Origin: Ruditapes philippinarum
Lineage: Eukaryota
Direction: 5' to 3'
NCBI RefSeq assembly: GCF_026571515.1
Contig: NW_026855039.1
Span: forward strand, 1 to 64,000
DNA: 64,000 nucleotides
Position 1 is the first letter of the stretch, and each line of letters opens with the position of its first letter. Positions 1-9,977 of this stretch are shown here, piece by piece. Below the pieces are notes generated by a model. It was not told where the DNA came from. It worked only from the letters and a program-made list of their open reading frames with translations, and made no database searches. The position numbers were made by a program, and so were the translations under genes.

Positions 1-1234
1 TGTATTGTTGGAAAAAGAGCAAAGTTCGACAACAAAACCATTTTTTAGCCAAACTCAACATCTAAGTCCCATAATTTTGCATGTCGAATATCTGTTGTTT
101 TCCGCCTACTGTGGAGTTGGTGCCAATGAAGCAGATCTTTTGGAAATTTTGTGAAATTAATTAAAACTGTAAGTTTCATTGAGAAAATCAACATAATAAA
201 AGACTTGAAGCTCTTACAAGATTAAGGGTTGTGAAAAGTGACACTAACGATTATAATAAACTGCGATTGATAGTTGATTATGTTAACACTATGCTCGGAC
301 ACATTACGTCGAATGCACATATTTATCAGAAATACACAATGATTTTACAGTCACAGGTTTATGTAGGCATGTCACGGAGCATGTCCAAAATAATTATAAG
401 TAGGAGTAGAAGTAGAAGAAACAAAAGAGGAATATGAGAATGAATAAATAATAAAAAAAGAACAGAAGAAGTGGCAGGAAACGAATAGGAAATAGTGCAA
501 TGTTAATAAGCTGATATAGAAGTAGAAGTTGTAGAAATAATTTGATCAATTTGATCAATGTTTTTCTATCTTATAAAGAGCAGCAAAAAAGTAGCTTATC
601 ACAGAAAAGCATACACTAAGTCTACGTGTGGTACCATAATTTTACATATGCAGCTTTAGAGAACTGAAATTCTTACTTTCAGTCATTTAGATTTTATGTA
701 TTCAGAAAAAATATATCAAAGCAATTTAAGTGATAACAAGAGCCATGTCAACATGGCCATCCCCCGCCGAATGTGTTTGCTCATTGGAAGAATGTATATG
801 TAGTAGAACAGAATAATTCTATTTTAAGAGGTCTTTTGGTAATGAAAACTGATGGCTATAGTGATTACAGATTTGAAACCTATATGAATACTGATGGCTG
901 AAAATAACAAAGGGCAATAACTGAAAAATAATGCAGGGTAGGTTATCATTCTTGTGTGCTGCATCCCTCATCAGTAAAATCTATCCACCTATGAAGTTTC
1001 AAGTTGATACCTCTGTAACGTTTTGACATTTTTACCAAGCTAGATTTTATTAAAGATTATCGTTTGCTGAAATGATTTTAGTGTAACTTTACTATTATGT
1101 TAATTGTTTATGTTGCGACAATGTATTTTAGTTTACGGTACTTTACAATATACGTTTAGTATACGTATTTTCAATAAACGTTTTATATCATATAATATAA
1201 TAATCGTCTCAGTGATAGTGATCATTCTAATCAG

Positions 1235-1310
1235 CCAATGAAAATTAAGTCATGCTTGAGCGATCATCTCAGCAGGTATAAATACGGCGATTAGATCAAA
1301 ATTATTCAGT
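1235..1310 (+). promoter_or_regulatory. LTR Pol II core promoter (CCAAT box, TATA box, TCAGT initiator)
   Basis: CCAAT 1235-1239, TATAAA 1277-1282 and TCAGT 1306-1310 at canonical ~30-nt TATA-Inr spacing. The same motifs occur in the 3' LTR at 4023, 4065 and 4094. Confidence 0.7.
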
Positions 1311-1336
1311 CTGCAGAGGAATTCACCGGGACCAGG

Positions 1337-1716
1337 TTATTCTGTGTAACTGAAGCCTCGCTTCATACATTGAGGATAATTTCGTTCACCTAACTGAAGC
1401 CTAGCTTCATAGGTAGAAAAGAAGAATTGGCCAAAACTAAATACTCTTGTTTATCCAATTGAAGCCTAGCTTCATGGATGTAGATGTAATATATTAAAGT
1501 TTGTGAATTGCATTTGACTCTGGGTACTTATAGATCTCCACATTTTCTGAAAGCCTCGCTATCAGGGAATTGGTAACATATAGGTATTAAAAATCCAGAG
1601 GTAGATTTAAAACGAATTAGATTTGTATAGTTGGAACTTTGTTATAGATCCCTACCAGCAGCTTATCTTCCTATCTAATAGAAGCCTCGCTTCATAGATA
1701 GGGAGGTGGTTGCTGG
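1337..1716 (+). other. Array of five RNA stem-loops sharing an apical UGAAGC-CU(C/A)-GCUUCA motif (second copy at 4125-4504)
   Basis: Cores at 1351, 1395, 1460, 1548 (variant) and 1681. Each sits on a different but base-paired lower stem containing G-U pairs. Confidence 0.75.
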
Positions 1717-1957
1717 ACTATAGGAAATTATCGGGTTGCAGCGTCATATCTATAGCTTTTGAATTATTTCATTGTGTTATAATTACAGTATTGTGACTTT
1801 TGATAATTTAATAGTGTATTACGGAATGTTAATTCAAGCTGATTGTTTATAATATTTGATCATTTAAGAATCATTTGTATCTAATCAAACGGCAGGTAGC
1901 CCAAAGAAAAATTTATTATACATATCTAAATATTCGCTCGGTACACGTTACAAAAAT

Positions 1958-1979
1958 TGGTGGCAGCGACGGTGGGATT
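1958..1979 (+). promoter_or_regulatory. Primer-binding site, tRNA-Leu type, with a 3-nt interruption
   Basis: TGGTGGCAGCG-acg-GTGGGATT versus TGGTGGCAGCGGTGGGATT, the complement of the 3' end of metazoan tRNA-Leu(AAG/TAG). Confidence 0.75.
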
Positions 1980-2031
1980 ATATAGATAAAAACACCATTA
2001 TCTAGACTCACAGGTTAAAATTTCGTTAAAA

Positions 2032-3692
2032 ATGGCTGAGAGTAAAGATTATATAGTTATGAGAATGAGCTTACATTGTTACATGAAAAACTTAGAGAAC
2101 TTCAGCACCAAAATGAAGCTTTGAAATTGCAAAATGAGATATCGGTACTTGAAAGGCAGATAGACAGTATGCAGTTATCTTTTCAAAATCAATATGACTC
2201 AAACTATGAAGGCAAACAAACGTCAACACCTAAATTTTTAACAAGACAATATGCAGCACCTCTATCAGAAAGAAGGCGACGGTTATTACCACCGACTCCA
2301 GATAAAAAGCCCTTTGAAATAGAACGTGACCCTATAAACTCAAATTCAAAACGAAGTGTTATGATGAAGCCAGCTACGTATGATGGAACTAGCTCATGGA
2401 TAGATTATAAAGCGCATTTTGAAGCATGTTCAGAAATTAATCGATGGACAAACAAAGAAAAAGGTCTTTATTTATCTGTTTTATTAAGAGGTCAAGCTCA
2501 GGGTGTATTTGGCAATCTGACAAGCAAATCACCGAATTATGATGAACTTGTATTAGCATTACAAGAAAGGTTTTCACCACCCAATCAAACTGAATTATAT
2601 AGAGCTCAACTAAGAGAAAGAAGACAAAAAGCTACAGAATCTTTATCTGAGATGGGGCAGGACATAAGACGTTTGACTAATTTAGCATACCCTTCAGCAC
2701 CATCAGATGTGAAAGAGACTTTAGCGAAGGAACAATTTATAGATTCTTTGGTTAACTCGGATATGAGGCTTAGAATTAAACAAGCTCGTCCTACTAGCTT
2801 GAATGAAGCAGTAAGACACGCTGTTGAGCTTGAGGCTTTCAACAGAGCAGAACAAAAGTCCTATGAAACCCGTGGTTATATGAGAAAGTTAAATTCTGAT
2901 CAGTATGAGTTTCTGAAAAGTGAAGATGACAAATTAGATAGCCTGACAAAATTAGTAGAGGAAATGAAGAATATGTTATTTATGTTTAGACGCCAAAATA
3001 ACTATCAAACATTTGATAAAAGAAACCGAAATACTTCAAAGCAAAAGCAGAATAATAGAACGTCTTCAAGAACATTTGCTAATGAGCCAAATACAAATAG
3101 TTTGAATTGTTATGAGTGTGGTAAGAAAGGTCATAATAAATACAATTGTCGAAAGTTCAGTGGCAGATCGAAACGAAAAATTAATCTGTTGGAGAAAGAT
3201 TGTGAAAACTCGTCTAATTCGTGTGGTTCCGGGTTATTTGTTGAAGCTACAATAAATGGCATTAAAGCTAATTGTTTAATTGATACTGGTGCAACATTTT
3301 CAATTATTTCTTCAAGTTTTATAGATAGATGTCAGTTTCCAGTAAGTTTAGAACCGTTTGGTACAAACATTGTAAATGCATCTGGAAAACCTTTAGAAAT
3401 AAAAGGAAGAACACATTTAGATATTAAATTGAATGATAGAATTTCAACAAATCCTTTCATAGTTTCTGACATAGAGGGAGATGCAATATTAGGATTAGAT
3501 TTTATGACAGCAAGAAATATTGTAATAGATGTTCCAAATAATCAGTTAACAGCCAATGGTAAAAAGATGAAAATAAATTGTAAAGGTCCGATTGGTTGTA
3601 ACCGCGTGATTTGTCATTTTTGTGGAATGAAATTTAAAAAGAAAGCTTATATAAGACAGCACTGTAGAAGAATACATAGTTCTGGAATATAA
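2032..3692 (+). CDS. Gag (capsid + CCHC knuckle) - aspartic protease - C-terminal C2H2 zinc finger polyprotein; 1-nt frameshift just after the likely ATG
   Basis: Gypsy Gag motif PATYDGTSSWIDYKAHFE...W...LRGQA; knuckle CYECGKKGHNKYNC at 3108-3149; protease LIDTGA at ~3276-3293 with ILGLDF; C2H2 finger CHFC-x12-H-x4-H at 3612-3677. The ATG at 2032 is out of frame with the long frame, which is open from 2046. Confidence 0.9.
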
Positions 3693-3782
3693 ATATAAAT
3701 GAGATTCGGAGTGTGTGTATGCCAAATCTAATTGTTTGAGGCAGCTTAAAACATATTTTGTAAGTTCATGCGGGGCGCATGT

Positions 3783-3801
3783 AAAACGGAGGCGTGGGTA
3801 G
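3783..3801 (+). promoter_or_regulatory. Polypurine tract
   Basis: Purine-rich AAAACGGAGGCGTGGGTAG directly abutting the 3' LTR. Confidence 0.6.
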
Positions 3802-4740
3802 TGTAACGTTTTGACATTTTTACCAAGCTAGATTTTATTAAAGATTATCGTTTGCTGAAATGATTTTAGTGTAACTTTACTATTATGTTAATTGTTTATG
3901 TTGCGACAATGTATTTTAGTTTACGGTACTTTACAATATACGTTTGGTATACGTATTTTCAATGAACGTATGAAATCATATAATATAATAATCGTCTCAG
4001 TGATAGTGATCATTCTAATCAGCCAATGAAAATTAAGTCATGCTTGAGCGATCATCTCAGCAGGTATAAATACGGCGATTAGATCAAAATTATTCAGTCT
4101 GCAGAAAAATTCACCGGGACCAGGTTATTCTGTGTAACTGAAGCCTCGCTTCATACATTGAGGATAATTTCGTTCACCTAACTGAAGCCTAGCTTCATAG
4201 GTAGAAAAGAAGAATTGGCCAAAACTAAATACTCTTGTTTATCCAATTGAAGCCTAGCTTCATGGATGTAGATGTAATATATTAAAGTTTGTGAATTGCA
4301 TTTGACTCTGGGTACTTATAGATCTCCACATTTTCTGAAAGCCTCGCTATCAGGGAATTGGTAACATATAGGTATTAAAAATCCAGAGGTAGATTTAAAA
4401 CGAATTAGATTTGTATAGTTGGAACTTTGTTATAGATCCCTACCAGCAGCTTATCTTCCTATCTAATAGAAGCCTCGCTTCATAGATAGGGAGGTGGTTG
4501 CTGGACTATAGGAAATTATCGGGTTGCAGCGTCATATCTATAGCTTTTGAATTATTTCATTGTGTTATAATTACAGTATTGTGACTTTTGATAATTTAAT
4601 AGTGTATTACGGAATGTTAATTCAAGCTGATTGTTTATAATATTTGATCATTTAAGAATCATTTGTATCTAATCAAACGGCAGGTAGCCCAAAGAAAAAT
4701 TTATTATGCATATCTAAATATTCGCTCGGTACACGTTACA
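3802..4740 (+). repeat. 3' LTR
   Basis: Near-identical direct repeat of 1014-1952. Confidence 0.97.
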
Positions 4741-5856
4741 CCTCAAATACTTTTTGAGAAAAAAATTGAATTGAAAAATTAAGTATGAAAAATAACAAAG
4801 GGCAATAACTCAAAAATTATAAAAGGTAGAGTTACCATTCCTGTGCAGTGCACACCTCCTGAGTGAGATCTATGCACCTATGAAGTTTCATTTTGATATC
4901 TCAAAGGCTTTTTGAGTTATGCTCTGGACAAAAATCAATTTTGAAAAATAACAAAGGGCAATAACTCAAAAATCATGCAAGGTAGAGTTATCATTCTTGT
5001 GCACAGCACTCCTCCTCAATGAGGTCTATCCACATATAACATTCCTCCTCAATAAGATCTATCCACCTATGACATTTCATGTTGATATCTCAAACACTTT
5101 TTGAGTTATGCTCCACTCAGGTGAAAAATTAGGTATGAAAAATAACAAAGGGCAATAACTCAAAAATTATGAAAGGTAGAGTTATCATTCATGTGCACTG
5201 CACACCTCCTGAGTGAGATCTATGCACCTATGAAGTTTCATGTTAATATCTCATAGGATTTTGGAGTTATGCTCTGGACAAAAATCAATTTTGAAAAATA
5301 ACAAAGGGCAATAACTCAAAAATCATGCAAGGTAGAGTTATCATTCTTGTGCACTGCACTCCTCCTCAATGTGGTCTATCCACCTATGAAGTTTCAAGTT
5401 GATAACTCAAATACTTTTAGAGATATGCTCCGGACAAAAATGTCGGACGGAAGGACGGACGGACGGACGGAAGGTCGGACGGACGGACGGAGACTATTTC
5501 TATATCCTCCGCCGAAAATTTTCGGCTGGGGATAATAAACTGGCCACAACTTATTTACAGTTTTGCTCATACCAATAAATGAATAAGACACTTTATTTTA
5601 TGTCTTTTTATAGTCCTATAGCAAACTTTACTGATCTACCGTCACGCATGGAAACAAATGAATGCAATAGGAACATATGCGTATTGGTAAACTATCATAA
5701 TTAGTTTACCACTGTCGGAATAGATTTATACAAACTTTTAAGATATAATAAGCATGTAACGCATGTGATATTTACAGAGAAAACCGGGTGCATATTATGC
5801 TTGTGTCGGATACGATCAATATCTAAAGTGAAAGTTACAGTGGTTTGTTTTATAAA

Positions 5857-8748
5857 ATGGCGGAGTCTATAGAAGACGATTCAAAACCATTTTACAATCA
5901 ATTGTTTCAGTTATTAAAATCGGTACCGACAACAGAGAGTGTGGCTGAAGAAAAAAGTGATCTTCACAGAGCCGCCGTTAAAGGTGACATAGAACTGTTA
6001 AAACAGACTCTGTCTTCTGGACAATGTGAAATTAATCTTCAGGATGACTGGGACCATACCGCCTTATTTACAGCTGTGCAAAAAGGTCACGGCGAAATAG
6101 CAAACATACTTATTTCACACGGAGCAAATATAAATGCGGATAGTAATGAATCATTAAAGGATAGTAATCCATTGCATTGTGTTCGTGATGTAAACATTGC
6201 GAAGGATCTTCTGAAGGCTGGTGGGGATGTTAATGCAATCAATCTAAAGGGTGACACACCTTTACACAGAGCCGTGATGAGGGAGGATTTACCAATAATA
6301 TCATTTTTGTTAGAACATGACGCTGATGTGAACCTACAGAATTATGAGGGTTGGTCCGCCTTACATACTTGCTGTTATCCATCAGGTAGTGAAACTATGG
6401 TGACAGCTATAAAATATATAATTTCACACGGGGGCAATGTGAACTTGCATGACCACTTTGAAATGACACCACTCCACCAACTTGCTAGAGGATCTGCAAC
6501 GAATTTGGCAGTGAAGACGCTTGTTTCGGCAGGATCAGATTTGCACGTCAAAGATTATCGTGGAAACTGTCCAGTCCATTACTTCCGCTCCTTTACAGCT
6601 GACGAAGAGGAGAACTTTATTGAAACTCTGAAAGAATTTATTGTGTCAACAGAAACGGCTAATGTTAGAGATTTCAGAGGTCAAACCCCTCTTCATATAA
6701 ATACAGATACATCTGCTAAAGTAATTGATAAACTAATACATCTGGGTTGTCAAGTAAACGCTCGTGACCACCAAGGAAAGACAGCTCTACATGTTGCGTC
6801 TGGTCTACAAGATAGACAAGATATCATACAGCAACTTTTAAAAACTGGACAAAATGTAAATGTAAAGGATAACATGGGAAGAACATCTTTACATGAGGCA
6901 GCAAAAGCAAGCAACCACGTAATAGCACAGTTATTGATATCCTATAATGCCGAGCCAAATGCGCGGGACATCTGCGGATGCACACCTCTTCACGAAGCTG
7001 CTTTAAAGCAAGATGCTAGAACAGTAGACATCCTCTTAAAGAGTGGTGCAGTTATTAACATCACAGACATAAACTTGTCGACTCCTCTCCACTTTGCAGC
7101 ATGGGAGGATAGTGAAAAGTCGGCAGAGTTTCTACTAGCTAATGGTGCAAATATCAACTTAAAAGATAATCTTGGTCATACACCTTTGGATATAGCACAA
7201 CTAAGAAGAGCAGTAAATGTAGCCGGCTTACTGACTTGCAGCGATCATAAAAGTGAGGCCAAGAATAAGGTAGAAAAAAATGAAAATATGTTTGCACTTT
7301 CAAATTGTGGAGGTCAATATCTTTCATTTAACACTGTTTCAAAGACAATTGAAGAAAATGAGATTACGAGAAAGGATCAGATGGAAGTTCAACCATTTCT
7401 AAGACTTATATTACAATCACCTGATGTAGGAAGAGGTTGCGATGAAGCCGAGGCTAGAGAAATTCAATTGGCAATGGAAGAGCTAGTGCAAACTTTGGCT
7501 GAAAGAATTGGAAAAACCGACTGGAGATTTCGATGTTCGCTGCTTCATGCAGGGAGTATGTCAGAAGGAACTAAAACACGATGTCCAGATGAGTTTGATT
7601 TCATATTTGTTTTGGAAGAGTTCAGTAAGCACTGTTATCCTGTCTTTTTAGACATTGATAGCGAAACGCTCACCGGTCTTCATATACCATCAAATATGAC
7701 TGGAAGGAGAGATTTGCCGGCTGAAACTGTTAAACTAGAAGACCGACCAAGCACAGTGGAACGGACATTATCAGTGTCGGTATCAGATTACGCTAATATA
7801 ACAATTAACAATACAGAAGAATCTGAACCTTTTGCTAAGTTTGCTGGATCGACTATCATGCCGGTATATAAGATGTATGATGGTTTTGCGCAACTTATCA
7901 CAAAAGTATTATTTCATGAAACTTTCCCGAAGAACCCAAAGTTAACAGTCATTGAGACAACTCTAGATCCAGCCATGAAACTTTGTTGGAGAGGATGCAG
8001 ATACAAAGATTTAGAAATAGACGTTGATTTGGTACCTGCAATTGTTCTTCAAGAATGGCCCGAACAGTTCAAAAAGGATAACATCCTTCTGACACCGGAT
8101 ATCCTGAGATTACCAAGCCTTGTTGTGCCTAAAATGACAGCAGGGACAGATGAAGATTTGTGGAGGTGTTCACTTGCTCCTGAAGAATCAGCTATCTTTA
8201 GGAAATTGAAACCAGCCATAAGGAACAGCTATGTGGCATGTAAAGCACTTATCTGCTCACACGTTTGTCCTCAAATTAGCTTTGATGGGAATGAGGAAGT
8301 AATGAGTTTTTATAGAATGGAACACGACAGTCTTTCTTCTGAAGAAAGTATTGAAGTTTTTGAAAACGCCGAGCATATTGTTCCTTCTTACATGCTAAAA
8401 ATGACTTTCTTTGCTGCTATTGCAAGCAAAGCTGAAAACGAGGGAATACAAAATGTTTACATGGATGATAGTGACCGATCAGGAAGCTTGGACAGTGGGA
8501 ATACAGAAAACCCCAAAGAAACAAGTGTTTATGGTCCTGCAAAGGAGATGTACGTGGCAGAGAAATTTGATGACTTGGATGTTCCACTTGTGCTTGATGT
8601 TTTCAAAAGATGTGCAGAATGCATTGATAAACGATTTGTGCCATCCTTCTTCAATCCAAAACATAATGTATTAGGTGCACGAGTAATGGAAGGTGATTTA
8701 GAAAAAGTTGCAGTATTTATAACTTTCATTCAGAGATTATTAGCCTAG
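5857..8748 (+). CDS. Ankyrin-repeat cGAS-like receptor (ANK + Mab-21/cGAS nucleotidyltransferase domain), 963 aa, uninterrupted ORF
   Basis: ATG at 5857 (AAAATGG). About 13 ankyrin repeats (TPLHxA...GAxVN) over ~5960-7230. NTase signature AGSMSEGTK...PDEFDFIF at ~7549-7610, third acidic residue in IDVDLVPAI, Mab-21 C-terminal motifs SYMLK and FFNPKHNVL. AATAAA at 8775-8780. Confidence 0.92.
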   Translation: MAESIEDDSKPFYNQLFQLLKSVPTTESVAEEKSDLHRAAVKGDIELLKQTLSSGQCEINLQDDWDHTALFTAVQKGHGEIANILISHGANINADSNESLKDSNPLHCVRDVNIAKDLLKAGGDVNAINLKGDTPLHRAVMREDLPIISFLLEHDADVNLQNYEGWSALHTCCYPSGSETMVTAIKYIISHGGNVNLHDHFEMTPLHQLARGSATNLAVKTLVSAGSDLHVKDYRGNCPVHYFRSFTADEEENFIETLKEFIVSTETANVRDFRGQTPLHINTDTSAKVIDKLIHLGCQVNARDHQGKTALHVASGLQDRQDIIQQLLKTGQNVNVKDNMGRTSLHEAAKASNHVIAQLLISYNAEPNARDICGCTPLHEAALKQDARTVDILLKSGAVINITDINLSTPLHFAAWEDSEKSAEFLLANGANINLKDNLGHTPLDIAQLRRAVNVAGLLTCSDHKSEAKNKVEKNENMFALSNCGGQYLSFNTVSKTIEENEITRKDQMEVQPFLRLILQSPDVGRGCDEAEAREIQLAMEELVQTLAERIGKTDWRFRCSLLHAGSMSEGTKTRCPDEFDFIFVLEEFSKHCYPVFLDIDSETLTGLHIPSNMTGRRDLPAETVKLEDRPSTVERTLSVSVSDYANITINNTEESEPFAKFAGSTIMPVYKMYDGFAQLITKVLFHETFPKNPKLTVIETTLDPAMKLCWRGCRYKDLEIDVDLVPAIVLQEWPEQFKKDNILLTPDILRLPSLVVPKMTAGTDEDLWRCSLAPEESAIFRKLKPAIRNSYVACKALICSHVCPQISFDGNEEVMSFYRMEHDSLSSEESIEVFENAEHIVPSYMLKMTFFAAIASKAENEGIQNVYMDDSDRSGSLDSGNTENPKETSVYGPAKEMYVAEKFDDLDVPLVLDVFKRCAECIDKRFVPSFFNPKHNVLGARVMEGDLEKVAVFITFIQRLLA

Positions 8749-9360
8749 TAAAGGTGTTGTTAATGCCAGTTTCAAATAAAGTTTTACAATTAAGACCAAC
8801 TTAAATACATTTTGTAAATGAACACTTTTCATAATTTTTTTAATAAGTAATAAGATTACTAGCAATATCTGACATTCATTTTAATTACCACATTAGAAAA
8901 CAAATTCCATCAATGATATCCCAGCCAAATAAATAATTTGATAAAAGTTTAAGAGCAATCGTAAGCTTGTTACAGACAAATAGATTTAAAGGCATTTTCT
9001 ACATAAATCAGTGTTATCTATGTGACTATTTTGACAGTACTAATTATAACATGTTATGTAGAGTGACTCGCTACACAATGCTACATACCAAATATATGAG
9101 CTCTGGCATTGTAATTTCTGACTAAGAGATTTTAAAAAATCTAGTCTTCTTCAGTCTGTTCATTATCCAAACTGAAAGAAAGGAAGACCATCTGACAAAT
9201 AGTTTGGTGAAGTTTGGTTAAAATCTACGACGAAATTTGCGAGGAGATCTGATCACAAATTAAAGGAATGCAAGTACAATCTTGAGCTCTTTTTAGTGAG
9301 ACTTTAAACTTGAATCAGGCTAATAAGTGCTTTATATGTACGCATAAAGCTTTCTAAAAT

Positions 9361-9595
9361 GAGCCGTGTCACAACAAAACCAACATAATGAGTTTGCGAC
9401 CAGCATGGATCCAGACCAGCCTGCGCATCCGCGCAGTCTGATCAGGATCCAAGCTGTTCGCTTACAAAGTCTATAACAAGTAGAGAAACTGATAGCGTAC
9501 AGCATGGATCCTGATCTGACTGCACAGATGCGCAGACTGGTCTTGATCCATGCTGGTCGCAAACCCATTATGTTGGTTTTGTCATGACACGGCTC
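9361..9595. mobile_element. Palindromic MITE, Sola-like
   Basis: GAGCCGTGTCA...TGACACGGCTC inverted arms of ~90 bp, with a 4-bp duplication AAAT at 9357-9360 and 9596-9599. Confidence 0.85.
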
Positions 9596-9977
9596 AAATG
9601 TAGAACTTAAGTACTCATGGTCTTACCCAGCAAAGAATAAAATGACTATTAGTATTTGCACATCCTCAGAAAATCACCTGTTTAGGTGTTTGATGGGTAT
9701 AAACATAAGTAGATCAAATACTTTGTGAAAGAATGTTTATATTTGCATTACATAACCATATCAATATGCATATACAAAATGTATATTTATATCTATACAA
9801 TAATAAATAAATTTATGTAATAATGCTAATTTTTTTATAATCAAACCTAAATGCAGTGAGCAACTATAGCTGTTTAAGACGTTTAATTTTTTCTTATGAT
9901 TGTCTTACTTAGTTTTTGTATATTTGCATAATAACAGACCTTAAAAGAAATGGCAAAATAAATGCTTTTGAAGACGG

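Larger units (their letters stand above)
1014..1952 (+). repeat. 5' LTR
   Basis: Direct repeat of 3802-4740 (offset 2788) with TG...CA ends. About 8 substitutions seen by eye. Confidence 0.97.
1014..4740 (+). mobile_element. Non-autonomous Gypsy/Ty3-like LTR retrotransposon (3.7 kb, no RT/RNase H/integrase)
   Basis: Two 939-bp TGTAAC...GTTACA LTRs, a 4-bp target duplication CCTC (1010-1013 and 4741-4744), a PBS after the 5' LTR, a purine-rich tract before the 3' LTR, and an internal gag-protease ORF. Confidence 0.96.
735..5535 (+). mobile_element. Non-autonomous Helentron-type (HINE-like) element with internal ~155-195 bp tandem repeats, split by the LTR insertion
   Basis: Starts AACAAGAG (735). 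The unit AAAATAACAAAGGGCAATAACT recurs at ~901, 4788, 4945, 5139 and 5295. (GGAC)n microsatellite at ~5445-5490 and terminal palindrome CCGCCGAAAATTTTCGGCTGGGG at ~5508-5531. The repeat unit resumes directly after the LTR target duplication. Confidence 0.75.

Noticed and set aside
1-175. Possible exon at the window edge (GTAAGT donor on +, or TTACAG acceptor on -)
   Set aside because: Strand and frame are ambiguous and there is no recognisable product.
1351-1694. Palindromic repeats with unique spacers read as a CRISPR array
   Set aside because: Spacing is irregular (about 44, 65, 88, 133 bp), the repeat is only 15 bp, the flanks pair with each other, there are no cas genes, and the context is a eukaryotic LTR.
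1337-1716. Hammerhead ribozyme (retrozyme) in the LTR
   Set aside because: CUGAAGC does not match the CUGANGA core and no correctly placed GAAA or three-way junction was found.
5611-5625. TAGTCCTATAG resembling an AcademH end upstream of the cGLR, suggesting the gene is transposon cargo
   Set aside because: No matching right end with a 9-bp duplication found downstream of the gene.
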